The translations under genes and the position numbers were made by a program. Positions 1 to 14,100 of a DNA stretch of 64,000 bases are shown piece by piece. Origin of the DNA: Mobula hypostoma (Eukaryota); contig NC_086097.1 in assembly GCF_963921235.1 (NCBI RefSeq), positions 75,332,001 through 75,396,000 of the forward strand, in the 5' to 3' direction. The stretch's first letter is position 1, and the number at the start of each line of letters is the position of its first letter. The notes below the pieces were generated by a model. The model was not told the DNA's origin. It searched no databases and worked only from the letters and a program-made list of their open reading frames with translations.

Positions 1-511
1 CCTACCTGATGGTAACAGTGAGAAAAGGGCATGCCCTGGGTGTTGGAGGTCCTTAATAATGGACGCTGCCTTTCTGAGACACCGCTCGTTGAAGATGTGC
101 TAGGTACTTTGTAGGCTAGTACCCAAGATGGAGCCGACTAAATTTACAACCCCCTGCAGCTTCTTTTGGTCCTGTGCAGTAGCCCCACCCATACCAGACA
201 GCGATGCAGCCTGTCAGAATGCTCTCCACGGTACATCTATAGAAGTTTTTGAGTGTTTTTGTTGACATACCAAATTTCTTCAAACTCCTAATGAAGTATA
301 GTCACTGTCTTGCCTTCTTTATAACCACATCAATATGTTGGGACCAGGTTAGATCCTCAGAGATCTTAACACCCAGGTACTTAAAGCTGCTTTCTCTTTC
401 CACTTCTGATCCCTCTATGAAAATTGGTACGTGTTCCATCGACTTACCCTTCCGGAAGTCCACAATCAGCTCTTTCATCTTACTGACGTTGAGTGCCAGG
501 TTGTTGCTGCA
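1..511 (-). mobile_element. Rex1/Babar-like LINE, RT C-terminal fragment (runs off the window start)
   Basis: ORF 302..580(-) reads NNLALNVSKMKELIVDFRK...SFKYLGVKISEDLTWSQHIDVVIKKARQ, the typical Rex1/Babar RT thumb region. Confidence 0.88.
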
Positions 512-1984
512 GCCAGGATGTCTTACTGTTTGATTAGTGTAATGAACATAGACAGACCATGTCCTTTGAAATGGATACAAATACTCAACAATTGTTTGAC
601 TATAACCTAAATCTCAGCGTCATGAAAACCCATTCTGTGTTTTATAATAGATTACCATTTTAAGTATTTTAATTTTGTACATTTCCTGTATTATTATACC
701 CATGACTATATTTAAACATGTATTTTTTTCTATATGAAAGATTTGATATTTATGTGTATTTTTTTAACAGGGAGCCTTTGAATGAAGGTTTAATGGTTGT
801 TTATGAAGCCTTTTGTTTTTCTATTGAAAAGGAAATTAAGTTGAGGAGCAAAAATGTTTGGTTAACAAATTATGTTAAAGGAATCATTGAAAAAATGTGC
901 AGTATGATACTAATCTGAATTCACCTCTGTGATTAGCCGGATAGCAGAGTGTTCAATCAGTTCCAGCCTTTCAAGGTAGACTATATACAAACAGATGCAG
1001 CTGATACTGATTCATTTTACAGAAACACAGGTAAAATCTCATAAATTCTTATTTGGGAACAAATACAAACTTGTCAAAACAAAACTGGTACAAAATATCT
1101 GTTGCCTTAGATTGACAGATTTGAAAGGCTGTATCTTAACACCACAATACCCAATTTAACAGAAATATATTCTTACACGAGAGGGTACAGTATAACAGTA
1201 TGTTCCAAACCTGGACTCTATTTGGGAAATAAGTATTTCATTTCTGGAAGGTTCAGATTATCATGTAGTTTAGTTAAACTATTCTTTTGAATTTTCTTCC
1301 ATCTTTGCAACCACAGTTGTAATATTTGTAAATTATTGCTCTGAGTTTTATATTGAGGATTAATTTTTATCAGATGTTTTCTATAATCCAGCATTCATAA
1401 GCCACTCCAGTGACACAAGCCCCTTTCCAACAAAACGTTATTGGTTTATCCTTTCGCTGAAGAGTGCATGACATCTTCATCCGTGCATTCTCCCTAGCAC
1501 CCTTTTGTGCACTTACTCTTCTTACTGAAAACCCATTTCATTGCCTCCTGAAGCAATCTGAGACTTCAGCAAGTGAAGCTTTTTATAAATTCATCTGGAC
1601 GCTATAGTTAAGTAAACAAAGCTGTGTTTTGTGCTTATTAATACAAGGAGTGAAAAAGTAAGAATTTTTTTCAACTCTGGTATTTTTAATAGCATCCAGA
1701 ATTAACAAACCCTTCTTCAAACAGTTTGAAAAAACAGTAATGGTAAATGAATAAGTTAAAAAACACAAAAGGAAAAATAAGAAAAGAGGAAGAAAGTTGG
1801 AATAAATAACTTTCTTTCAAATTATGTTTCATGGTCTACATGCAAAAGTCTCCTTACAGTTAATATATGAAGTGGAAAAGTGCACAGGCAAACTTATTTT
1901 CTAATATGACCTCAAGATGTGCTTTTGATCATTATGATACAATCAGCACAAAGTCCTTTCGTTTTCATTTTTGTAAATTTGCAT

Positions 1985-2240
1985 AACTTTGCCGCTTCTC
2001 AGCCCATCTGCTGTTGAACCCCTCATTCATGCCTTTGTTATTTTCAGGTGCTACTACTTTATTGTTCTTCTGGCTGCCCTCCACTTATCTATATACAGTA
2101 ACAAGCTGATCTAAAACTATCGACTAACTCATGCCAAGCTATGCTTACTCATTACCTATGCTTGCTAACCTATACTGGTTCCTGGTTAAGCAATACACTA
2201 TCTCAGTTCAAAATTCTTGATTCAAAATCCCTTCAGAGAC
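1985..2240 (+). mobile_element. Old L2-like LINE fragment
   Basis: CTCAGCCCATCTGCTGTTGAACCCCTCATTCATGCCTTTGTT translates to LSPSAVEPLIHAFV, the L2 ORF2 C-terminal 'LIHAFV.SRLDY' region. Degenerate. Confidence 0.6.
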
Positions 2241-3814
2241 CCTTGCTGCTCTTCCCCTCAGTCTACGTTTGTAAGATATTGTCACCTCCTTGCAGAGTTC
2301 GCTCCGTGTTCACCCAGTGACTCCCAGTGGTGACAGCGTCAGTTTTGATTCTTCTGCACCAGATCAGACAATTGTTAGCATGACCTTTGACACTGTCAAC
2401 AGAGATGTTGAACTTTTGCAGGCCTTATTTCTCTTGTTGTTGTATTTTGTGGTCTTTTACCACAGCTAGGTCAGTCCATTAGTTGCTCATAGATCACATC
2501 CAAGGGGGCATTCAGAGAGACTTGCTCAACTTGCCAAAAGCACTGATAAAATGCATGCATTTCAGAATGGCCACAGGCAATGCGGCCCAGTGGTCACAAG
2601 GATCTAGGTGTTTGTGAATTGCCATTTCCAAGTCACACTAAAGGAGTGAAGGTGTAAGTTGTTTAGTTTGCTCTCTTTCTTTAAATTCTCAGCCATAAGT
2701 TAAGGTGTTAAGAACACAGACTTGAAGTACGTAGTCCTTGGCTCTCACAGTGAGAAGCTGGTTGCCCCAAAAACATAAAGTTAGTTTGCCAAAAGTAACT
2801 GAGCTTTTGTCAATCGGCACATCCAGTGCTACATTGAGTTTCATTGAGTTGTTGACACTCAAAATAGCAGAAGTGAAACAAATGATTAAATATTTTTCAT
2901 CTTGCATTACTTGTTATAATAGCAAAGGAGGACATTTGGCCCATTAAATCTATGGCTGATTCTAGCAGAATAAATCTCATTAGTTCCATTCTCTGACCAA
3001 CATAGTTGCAGAGAAATGTCAGTATTCAATTACGGCTGCACTTGTTAGAGATGACCCTGATAACCCTGATAACTTTGGTCCAAGCATCCAGAGAATTTCT
3101 CATTATACTGTAACTTACAGTCCGTCAAATAAGTTGGAGGTAAGTCTACCATCATCTATGTAGATCAGATCAGAGACAATGAGGTGTTTCTTTTGAGAAA
3201 CTCTGATATTATCTATCCTTTCTCTCATCAGTATTCTAAGTTAACCATTTATGAAAATGTGCTAAAGTTTTGAGAAGATGTCCAAATCCTTGTGTGCTGA
3301 ATAGGAAATTTACTTTAATGAAGACAGTATTAAATTCTGATGCAGTGTTGTCTTCATGTGAGCTCCTTTCCTTAATTTCACAATGAAACTCACAAAAAAG
3401 TTTTAGATTTTCCAACTGAAAGACTTAAGTGTTTCTTGTAGATCAATAAATCTCATGAAGAGATATGCACTGATTTCTATAATCTTTCTTTTCCAAAAGG
3501 CACATCAGTTATGAAATGTCCAGCACTGAGACCAAATCAATTTTCATGGTAAACTCTCTCAGTGAGAATTCTAAGCAGTGTGAAACAAGACCTGCACAAG
3601 TACCTTCTCAACCACACAAAGCAGGGAATTCTCATGATAGCTGTAAAAGTCCATTTGGTTTTATCTTTGAGTTAAATTTTTGCCAGCTGTCTCCCAGCAA
3701 CAACAGCAGGGAATGACAGAGAAGGAAAAGTGTTTTCCCTGCATACCTACCATCTTGTATGCCTCACTAGTTTTCATGTTTTTTTTTAACCATTTCCTGC
3801 CTTTTCTTTAATAC

Positions 3815-3920
3815 AGGAACAGAATATTCTAGAAATACTCAACAGATCTTCTAGTTTCTTTGGAGACAGACAGACACAGTTAATATTTTGGGCTGCTGGC
3901 TTTTCATTAGAACTCATTAA
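3815..3920 (-). mobile_element. Highly decayed PLE-derived short element with hammerhead remnant
   Basis: Reverse complement of 3878-3914 is AGTT-CTAATGA-AAAGCCAGCAGCCC-AAAATATT-AACT, the same layout as the intact motif at 43126-43161. It is adjacent to a decayed version of the family tail. Confidence 0.5.
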
Positions 3921-4124
3921 TACAGCATGAAGTTCCAAGAAGGGGGAGGGGTGGATAGAACTAATATGATGTATATGATAGATGACAAAAAGAGGCCAAA
4001 TGATGCATGGATCCTGATGCTGTCTGAGAGAGGGTGGTGAAATCCCGTTAACTACAGTTGGCTAAAGGAAATAGTGGTATGAAAAAAACATACTGGATTT
4101 ACACAATAGCAACCTCTGCAGTTT

Positions 4125-4220
4125 GAATAAAATATAATATTGGAAATACTCAGCATGTCTAGCAGCATCTATAAAGAAAGAAAAATGAAGCTACAGCTTG
4201 ATAATCTTTCCCCAGAACCG
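4125..4220 (-). mobile_element. Decayed PLE-derived short element (tail portion)
   Basis: TTGGAAATACTCAGCATGTCTAGCAGCATCTATAAAG resembles the tail of the copies at 45575-45700 and 60987-61070. Confidence 0.45.
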
Positions 4221-4624
4221 GTTAGTTCAGATACAAAATGAAAAGACTTGTTACATGAAAATGTTGAAATCACTTCTTACAATTTATTTGATGGAATTGT
4301 CAATATTTTAAATGTTAGTGTTTGAGCTGGATCAACCAATCTTTGGTTATGGGGTGTCAGTTTAGACATTGTTATCCTTGGAATAAAAATCATGTCTGTC
4401 AATCAAGTTGCTGTCACCTGTTGTCTGAATGGTTCTGTTCGTTTAGCAATTTGGCCTCTGTTCTTTCTATACATTTTCTGAAGGTTATCCTTTTCAACTA
4501 AGCTGTGTGTTTTCCTGCAAAGATTTTTCAGTGTTTCTCCAGATATTCCTCAAATATCTTGGTCTGTGGCCTTAACTTCTTTTGAAGGGAAACATGATGC
4601 CACTTTTCACACCAAGAAAAAGAA

Positions 4625-4790
4625 ATGGATTAAGTGACCAGAGGATATGAATTTTAGTCATGTTAATTGAAGGATAAATATTGTCCAAGACATCAGCAGA
4701 ACATTTTGCACTTCTTTGAACAATGACATAAGGTCTTTTACAAATAGTGTATCTGAAAATAACTCGCTATAATGTAGTATTTCATTTGAT
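4625..4790 (-). mobile_element. Ancient Deu-domain SINE remnant
   Basis: TTTTAGTCATGTTAATTGAAGGATAAATATTGTCCAAGACATC...CTTCTTTGAACAATGACATAAGGTCTTTTACA resembles the Deu core, recognised from recall. Heavily diverged. Confidence 0.45.
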
Positions 4791-5800
4791 CAAATTGTAC
4801 ATGTCACTGCTGACGTAATCTTGGTGATTTGATCATGTGACATCTTATCACAGTGTATTCAGTCACATAACACCATAAACACACTAATTAACTAGTAAAT
4901 GTTGTTAAATGTTATGCCTCTTTTCAATAAATACCTATCTCTAAGAAGGTCTAAAACCAAGACCACTTCCCAATCAATTGATTCTTCCTCTTTCACAATA
5001 TTTCGTTTTGTTCTTCCTACCCAGTTTGTTCCTCTCTTTTTCTCCCCTGTAGCTCTGAGAAAAAAAAATGCACACTGATTAGAGGCAGGAACTGTTGAAA
5101 TATTTGGCTAATTAAATGCCACTCACAGTGACAATGAGCCAGATATTTTACTAAATACACACACAGGTACCCCACTGAAATATTATCTTTTCTCAAGAGG
5201 TATTCTCAATAGATATTGTACTGAAGAACATGCAGAGATAAGTGACTCTCGCCTGCAACCTAAAAACACTTTTCCATAATTTCCAAAATAATAACATCCA
5301 TCTTGATAATAATCAACCTATTAAAGTGCTTTTGTGCTCCTCATTTTGTATGTTGGTTGGTTTAAACAAAACAGCTTCTTTGTGAAAATAAACAAATTAT
5401 CCTGAGGATAAAGTGTATAGTAAATGTACATCGTGTGCAGCAAATACATTAACTGTACTGCATATCTCTGAAAATGTGTAAAATATGAAAGACGTTGTAA
5501 TGCCATTCATTACTATTAGAGTTTTATTCATCATAATATTTGAAATTAAATGCCAAAAGGTACAAACCAATCATTTTTCCAATTTCTTGTAATTTAAAAT
5601 CTGAATATATATATATAGATACACACACAAAAACATTAGTTTGTGAGTTAACAATGTTTCACATGTTTCATATTGCAATCAAGCAACACTTGCAAGATTG
5701 ACAAGTTACATAGAAAAAGCTTTCTGTCAACAAACAGACTAAAAGCCATTATTGTAAAGTGTACATTGTGTCCTGGGCCTGGTAAGCACATCTTCATTGA

Positions 5801-5877
5801 TCACACAGAACGATAGAAAGATCTTCTCTTGTATTGCTCAATCAAGAACCTTTTACAAAGGCGAAGTGCAAACAATC
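5801..5877 (-). CDS. Putative terminal coding exon of an unidentified host gene: (G)LFALRLCKRFLIEQYKRRSFYRSV*
   Basis: Minus-strand acceptor CTCATTTTGTTTCCAG| at 5878. The phase-1 frame ends in TGA at 5801-5803, followed by AT-rich UTR-like sequence with AATAAA at 5523-5528(-). Confidence 0.35.
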
Positions 5878-8519
5878 CTGGAAACAAAATGAGACTGACA
5901 TTACAGTCAAACACTAAATAATAGTTTGGTTTAGCCAAGCTATCTGTAACCTTTTAAGATGGTGCCAAAAGAAGATTAAATGCAAAAACCTGACTATTAC
6001 AACCTCTTGAAAGATAAAAAAACTGACACTGTATTGTAAGATTTATTAGAGACCAGTGAAGGAAGGTGCTTTTAAGCGGAGAATTGCCAATAGAAAAGTA
6101 GTATTTTTTTTCAAACACTATTAAATGGCAAGAAGTTTTCAGGAGGAAAACACTGGTAAATACATTGATATTTTTGGGAAAATGTTACTGTAATTAATAT
6201 GCACACAAATCATAATAAAATTAACCTTACAAGGCAGTAATAACCATAAGTTTGTATCACTATCATCTTGAACAAGCTGTCAATAATTAGATTTCAATAA
6301 CAACTAATTAGCCAATCTAGGGTTTCTATGCTTGTGATTTGTCATTCCACTAATATTTTACAACTTTGCATTTGTAATGTAATTATTTCAGATGGCAGGA
6401 CAGAAACAACCACAATCAAACAGAATTCACAGAGAATTTCAGCTCTGATAGTACATTATTTTGCACACAGAATCTTTACCAATTGCCCCAACACTGGGAG
6501 GAACCCCATATTATTTGCATCCTTTTACATATTAGCATAGCCTTGCAGCTTGAATAATGCTATAGAGATCACCTTTTGTGTGGCATTGCCCCACCAGCAG
6601 CCCCATATCACTTAGATCTTTCATTAAATTCCCCGCTGTGGAGATCTGCCTTCTCAGAGGCGACACCGAAGGGTTGCACAAGTGCAACAGGACTGCATAA
6701 TAAAGTAATTCCCTCCAATCACACTAAACCTTTTGAGACTTTTCACAATTAGAATTGCTGCTTTTGTTGCAAATAAAGTACGAAGATAAAAGTGATGCTT
6801 CTTATTATGCGATGAATCAGTCCCTGAGGTTTTGGAATTTAGAGCAGGTTTTATTAGTTTTCGTGATGGTATTGAAAGAAATTGCAGCACCGTGCCTGTC
6901 ACTGATACTTTAATGGTGTGACAAAAATATCTGTTATTTGATTCATATACATTTAAATAATGATGCTATGGATTATTGCCAGGCACTGTTAAGAAAATCA
7001 TATTGGCATAAAGTCAAGCATCTCAAAGGGCAGTGCTTTGGTGGTCCAATGTGAAAAATTGGTCATTTTGATTATTCTCAACATAGCATGGACCAGATCT
7101 CATCCACATCCACAATGAATGATACCAGGACAATGCCAAGCAATAGAAAAATTAGAGTGAGGATCACTTGTATATGCTTGATATTGGCTAATTGTAAGAT
7201 TGGCTGACAAAAGTTCAGAATCCCAGGAGACACTGCATATTCAGTTGTCATCTTGTGGCAGCATACATACTTAAGGTAGAAAAAGGAAGATGATAAGACA
7301 TATTTGAAAGATAAAATGTGTAGAAACTTCAATTATCATTAAATTGAAGATCTGCCATTACACAATCTGAAGGAATTATCTGTGTGATTCACCACTGAGT
7401 TACAAGTCTTGAAAATAGATCACCAAAGAGGTATAAAATGATCTGACTCTCTTAAGGGTACAGTGTTACTTCTTAGAGATGTCCTCTAAGATCTATTGTC
7501 ACATATCTCCATTCTGGGAGGAAATGGCTGTTTCTCTAGACTTGCTTCATCACTTAGATCCTTCAAAATAGACACTAGTCTTTAGCTGTCAATATTGATA
7601 TCTGCTTCAGCAACTTTGATGGACTGCATGTGTTGCTCAATTTGCTTCTGAAGCACACTATTGTAAAGTGATAGGCATGAGATTTCATTTTCATAGGTCT
7701 GCCCATTAATGCACATAATCTGTTCTGTAACTTCCAAAAATTTTCTACTTGAAACCATAATCACATTAGACTTATGAACCCAATTTTTCAATTTAAATTA
7801 GAGATAGTCAAGGTGACAATGCCATGCTACTAGATTTCTTTGACGCAACTTGTCAAAAAAACTATCCATTGATAGTTTGCTTTTAAAACTCACTCTTTTT
7901 TGGAAGTACGTTGCAGATCCCAACTAAATATGTTTAATATAAGCAAAAAAGGAAACATTTTCTCTCCTAGTTTTTTTTATTATGTTTCAGCCAATTCAAG
8001 ATTAGTCTTTGATGTACATAAGCCTTGCACAAAACTAATAGAGTGTCCATAAAAACATCATTATAATCTGTTGTGCAAGTCATGTGAAATTCTTTTACAA
8101 ATACACCGAATTTGGTCTGTTCAGGCACTTGAGGCTTAATTAATAGCAGTGACTACTGTTTGGAGCAGAAGTAAATATTTCTGATAGAAGCTATCATAAT
8201 TACTATAGGAGTTAAAGGAGATACTCTATCAATATCTCAGCTATCACGGACAATAACTATAACTGGGGAAATGGCTAGAAATCATATGATGCTCTGAAAT
8301 ATTTTACACAAATTTAATTTGTGCTTTGTAAACTTTCAATTTACTCTGTAATGCATATATTTGGTCACATCCAGCAGATGAGAAGGAAAAGGTGATTTGG
8401 TAACGAAGTTGTCCATCTGTATTTCTTAAATTAGGAAACAGAAACAACTCAAGAAAGGCTTTGAGGAGTAGACTAAATATGTCAGAGGATAATCTTGTTT
8501 CATTCACTGTTGGCTTTAT

Positions 8520-8650
8520 TTAGATGAAATTGGATCTCTTGCGATACTCAGGGGAACTCTCCAAGGGAGCTATTGCTCTTTGCAATTGTTGTGATGTAGA
8601 TAATGATACAGCAGCGGTATGGACTTCATCTTTAATTTGAAGACATTGAA
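8520..8650 (-). CDS. Putative terminal coding exon: xQCLQIKDEVHTAAVSLSTSQQLQRAIAPLESSPEYRKRSNFI*
   Basis: Minus-strand acceptor ...TTCTGTTCTTTTACCCATTAAAACTGCATTAATAACAG|. The phase-1 frame runs 43 codons with protein-like composition; TAA at 8520-8522 overlaps AATAAA at 8515-8520. Confidence 0.35.
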
Positions 8651-8929
8651 CTGTTATTAATGCAGTTTTAATGGGTAAAAGAACAGAAGACCATGACTAA
8701 AGATAGAAAGGCATCCTACAGTTACTGATCAGTCTCCCAGTAATCATTTCTGGAACATTAGTTGCAAAACTTCTAGACATATTTTATATTTACAATAGAA
8801 AGCCAAGCCTGTCTATTTTATACATGGGCTCTAATAGTCTTGAAAACCCAAGTATTTTGCATGATAGACAGTCCTTCCATGCACAACATAATATCCTTTC
8901 ACCCAATAGCTCTTTAGTGGAGGAAATTA

Positions 8930-9290
8930 AGAAGATTGTGGAACACAGTTCTCAGGATATATAGGGTGACAGCTGAGAGAAATCTGTTTTGAGATGTTAG
9001 GAATAGATAAACCCCACAAGGGGGTGAAAATGAAACTTTTGTAGTCCAGGTCATCAGTGTGGTTGTGATGTTAATAGTCAGTCTAGAGTATTGAAAGTAA
9101 GAGATGCAATTGGGTTGAAGTTGTGATTGAGCTGGGGGATTTGACTGTGGGTGACTGGTGTGGCATTGATTGTAAGATGGTATGAGGCAAACTAGTCTTA
9201 CTTGATGGAGAATCATTGTTTTAGACTCAATAGCCAGTGAACAGAACAGGCACCTCAACATTAGGCAGCATTGAAATGAAACTCAGTAGG
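8930..9290 (-). mobile_element. Old LINE (L2/CR1-group) fragment
   Basis: G/T-rich plus strand with decayed endonuclease-linker-like sequence, similar to 21880-22290 and 61400-61740. Confidence 0.35.
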
Positions 9291-10875
9291 CTTCTTCAGC
9301 AATCTTCTGTACCTTTGGACAACAAGAACATAAGAAACAAGCACAGATAATGTTAAAGCATGCACTGTAGTGCAATTGATGCACCTTGAACTGTCTCTTT
9401 ACGTACAAGTTTCACAACACAAAGAACCTATAACAAATTTAACAAACTCACCTCAAAGTATTTGCGTTTTATCCCCCAAATGAGTTCCATTACATAATGT
9501 TGTGCAAAATAAAGTAATTTTAAGTTATTGCCTTTAATTTAGTTTTATTTATTCTTTCCTTAGGTCTAATTATGTTGAAAAATTACAAATAAACTTGAAC
9601 TTTGAGAGATAGCAATTAAGGAGTTGGCTCATACTATAAATGTATGCTCAATCCTTAGCTACATCAACTCTGACAAAGGCTCCATCTCAGAAACATTAGT
9701 ATCAGCCAAGCACTTCATCTATGCTTTTCTAACTTTAATCATTTATTTTACATATATGCAAACACCTCTTATTAAGGCCAGTTTCTGGAGCAGTTTTCAA
9801 ACATTGTCTCAAGCCATTGACTAATCTGACTATATTAAAAGGAAACAAAATATGATTACCTTTGAATGCAAGTTGAAAATAATAGCCTGCTCAGAGTAAT
9901 GAAACCAGACAAGTTACGATTGATGCGATTGAAAGGTCATTGATACCGAAATTTAAAACCATTTCTATTTGCCAGAGAAAGGGAATCAAATGCAAGGACT
10001 CCACCAATAAGCATGCATCAGATACATAACTACCTGGAAGCCACTTACAATGCTGTTAGAGAAAGACATCAATTAGTTCTGCATACTATGCTTATGGGGA
10101 AAATAGAGCAACATCTTTTGTACATATCACATAAATAGATAGCTTAGTATTTCTTCTCACAGAAGAATTCTCAGCTGCTCCCCGATGACTAGTTCTGAAG
10201 TTAAAAATGCTTATAATTGGTAACAGCTGAGATGAGCTTCATTTAGATCCAGCTGAAAGATCAGTTGCAGGTTGAACAGGAGTGTGAATTACAATTCTGA
10301 CAATGTCAAGCAGTTCATTCACTTTTATTTCATGTAAGTGAGGATTCTAGAGAATTTTGGGGTGCTTCTTGTTCTATTATTTAATTTAAATCATGATTGT
10401 AAGTCATTTTCATCTGTGAATCGGTGGTAAAAACAAGCCCAGCAGGTAATTCACACCACATTAAAAACTGTTGGTTCAATAAGAAGACTAATCATAGGAA
10501 GCTTCTTGTGACAAATTACCAACTGCAAATTAAAGCTGTTCTGACTGTCGAAAGTAATGATGTGAGTGCATAGTACTATGTTCATAATCAAATAGTTTTA
10601 ATGTTTTAAAGTCACATCCTTTATGTCCCAAGAGAACCAAGAGCAAAATTACAATTTACTCTGGAGCATATAGTGCTTGTTCCTGGAATAAGCACAAAAC
10701 AAAAGTCTTTGTTACCTCTCGGTATTTACTTTTTTTTTCATCCTTCCACACTCTTGCCTTTGCCAGTGGGAAAGGACTGTTACTTCTACATGGAGTGGAT
10801 GTTTGCAGTGGTATTGGGACAGTATTTGGCAGTTTTTGCTTTCCCAGCCAACTCCCAGAAGAAAAGAGATGCTAG

Positions 10876-11087
10876 CGTAGGGTAATGCAATTGGGAGATA
10901 TTTACATAATTCACAACCACCGACATTGAGTTGGGATTTCACTTTAAGAGGCTGGTCTGACGTGATGACATCCTTACGTAAGGATTTTTAGCGCGCTTTT
11001 GTGTTTAGGTTTCGGGGTTCAATAAAATGTGTTACGGGTTTCATTAAACAAGAAACGCCTCATTTTGTTTCATTGTGAGGACCTGCA
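10876..11087 (+). repeat. 5' LTR of Gypsy element
   Basis: (C)GTAGGGTAATG...CCTGCA aligns without gaps to 14759-14970 (37 mismatches in 212 by manual count). AATAAA at 11021-11026. Confidence 0.95.
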
Positions 11088-11088
11088 T

Positions 11089-11100
11089 TGGTGACCCCGA
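11089..11100 (+). other. Primer binding site complementary to tRNA-Trp 3' end
   Basis: TGGTGACCCCGA lies 1 nt after the 5' LTR and is complementary to the ...UCGGGGUCACCA 3' end of vertebrate tRNA-Trp. Confidence 0.85.
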
Positions 11101-11130
11101 TGCTCGAGGACAGTTCCAGAGTTATTGAAC

Positions 11131-14100
11131 ATGTCAGCTATTGCAGTCGCTTTGAAACTGCTGGAATTTTAGGAGCAAAGTGCCTTTGCTTGGTTCAAGC
11201 TGAGGCCCAGTTTGCTCTATGAGCAATCTCTGCCGACAACATAAAATTTTACTAAGTGGTAGTATTGCTCAGCAACTCAATGGCTGAAAGAGTGGTGAGT
11301 GTGCTGGAACACCCACCTGAACATGATAAATACCGATCACTGAAAACTCATCTTTTGCAGACTTTTGGACTATCGGAGATTGAGTGCACCAAACAGTTGC
11401 TCTCCTCGTCTAGCCTCAGCGATGGAAATCCTTTGGAGTGAATGCACCGCATGCTGTATTTCCTGGGAAGTCACCATCCTTGTTATATTTTTAAAACGCA
11501 GCAAATGCCTGATCCAATCCTCTTCGTCCTAACACCAGAGAATGACTATAGGGAGCTTTTGCTAGGATACCTGATAGCCTACACTAAGCTAGGCAGTGGA
11601 GCATTATTCTTCCTCCTTTCTCTGCCTCAATGAATCCGGTCAGCAAGGCCTCCAACATAAAGATGCCTGCAGCTGCGAAACAGATGACACTGGACCTGTG
11701 CTTTTACTTCGCTCGCTTTAGTAGGGACGCTAGGAAGTGCTGACCGCCTTGCAGCTTTGACAGTGCTAAAGCATTGGGACATCAGGGGTCAATGAACACA
11801 GTGGGTTCCAGCTGCCAGGGTTGTCTACTGTTCATTACGGACACCCTTTCAGGGTGGCACTTCCTGTGTGACACTGGTGCTCACGTGAGTGTGCTGCCAG
11901 CATCACCTGTTGAGAAGCCAAAGACCAACAAGACCTCGCTGGAGGCTGTCAACGGCAGCAGGATCCAGACCTACGGGACATGACGAGTGACACTCTGCTT
12001 CAGTGGGCAACATTACACATGGGACTTCGTCCTGGTTAAAGTGGCTAGACGGCTGCTCGATACAGATTCCCTAGGACTGTTAGTCAACCTTAAGAACTGC
12101 TGGCTTGTGGATGTCAAGGACTGTGGGTCGCTACCCTGCTCCACCAGTAAGTTCCCCACAACGGCTCTGTCAAGTACATGCACCATCGTATGTGAGTTTA
12201 CCTGACTGCTGGGCAAAGTTCCCAAATCTCACCAAGCCCACATTCTCCATGGCACTCGCATACCATGGGAGTTGAGAACTACATTCCCACAAGTAGCCCA
12301 CCAGTCTGTGCCTGCATGCATAGTGTGGATCCAGAAAAACTGGCAACTGCGAAGGCTGAATTTGACAACATGGAAAGACTTGGAATTGTATGCAGTTTGA
12401 ATAGCCCCTGGGCTTCATCCCTCAATATGGTCCCTAGGTCCAGTGGTGGTTATTGCTCATGTGATGATTACCGATGCCTTAATGAGGCCACCACCCCCAA
12501 TTGTTACCTGCTCCCAAACATTCAAGACTTTTCGGCACACTGGGAAGTTCATTTCTCTCCAAAGTCAATCTAGTTAGGAGATACCATCAGGTTCCTGTGT
12601 GCTCAGAGGACATTCCCAAAACAGCTGTAATAACCCCAGTTGACCTTTTGAGGTTCTGCGCATGCCATTTGGACTGAAAAATGCAGCACAGACTTTCCAA
12701 TGGCTGATGGACTCTGTATTAAAGACTTAGATTTTCTTTTTGTTTACTTGGATGACATACTTGTTAGTAGTGCATGCAAATTCGAACACGTATCTCATCT
12801 CCACACATTTTTTGAGTGCTTAAGCCAAAGGTAAATGCCAGTTTGGGTTGTCAACCATTGACTTCCTTGGCCATCGCATATCGGCAGAAGGAATGAAATC
12901 CCTCCCATCAAAAGTAGCCCCTATTATGGATTTCCCACTGTCCAGCATATCTATACAACTACAGGAGTATTTAGGCATGGTGAATTTCTATCACCGCCTC
13001 ATTCAGTGAGCTGCTGAACTTATGCACCCCTGTATAGTGCGGGTAAAGGCAATACCCCTAATCACGTGCTTAACTGGTCAGTGGACATGACCAGGGCATT
13101 TGATGATACCAAATGAGCTCTTTCTAACACAACCCTACTGGTGCACCTGCTCCCCAACATACCCATAGCCTTCACACCTGACATCTCAGACTATTCTGTG
13201 GGTGCTGTGCATGAACAGCTGGTTGCAGGTGTGTGACAGTCACTTGCCTTCTTCAGCCAAAAGCTCTGTCCCCCCGGAAAGGAAGTACAGCACATTTGAA
13301 CATGAGCTTCTCAGTCTCTATCTGGCTGCCCACCATTTTCATTTTCTTCTAGAGGGTCACGGTTTCACAGTGTTTGCTGACCACAAACTCCCTCGTGCAC
13401 CCGAAGCCAAAATATCAGACCCTCGGCCTACACCTGGCCTACATATCTGAGTTCACAGCGGATATACAACATATCAAGGAGAAAAATAATGCGGTGGCCG
13501 ATTGCCTCTCACGGCCAGCTATTGAGGCTGTACACCTAGGGGCAGATTATGTCGGCATGGCAACCGACCAAGTTACTGACCCAGAGGTCCAGGCTTACTG
13601 AACAGCAGTCACAAATCTGCAGTAGGCTGACATTAAGTTCGGGCAAGCTGAGGTTTCTCTCCTGTGCGATGCCTCAACCAGTTGCCCATGCCCCATAATG
13701 CCCGCAAACTGAAGACGGACCGTTTGCAACTCCATACGTGGCCTCTGACATCTGGGCCGGAATGCCACACAGAAACTGATCGTGCTAAGGTTTGTTGGTC
13801 ACAGTCTCAGAAAGGACGTGCATGATTGGACTGCAGCTTGTGTGGAACGCCAGCAGGCAAAAGTTAACCATCATGTTCAAGTGTCGTTGGCACCTTTCGA
13901 GGTCCCTGAGCGACAGTTTGACCACGTCAATGTGGTCATTGCTGGTCCTCTTCCCCCCCACCCCTCACCCCCCCGCGATTTCATGCACCTTCTTACCATC
14001 GTGGACCGTACCACCAGGTGGCCAGAGTTATCCCACTAGCAGCGATGATGGGCACAGATGTGGCTCGGGCATTCATCAGCACCTGAGCAGCTTGGTTTGG

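Noticed and set aside
2330..2430. Host exon reading ...MTFDTVNRDV
   Set aside because: It more likely reflects a tiny decayed RT remnant (AFDTVNR-like) or chance, and there is no convincing splice pair.
9925..9975. Additional hammerhead remnant (TGAAAGGTCATTGATACCGAAATTT)
   Set aside because: The first core box and stem I are not recoverable; too degenerate to call.
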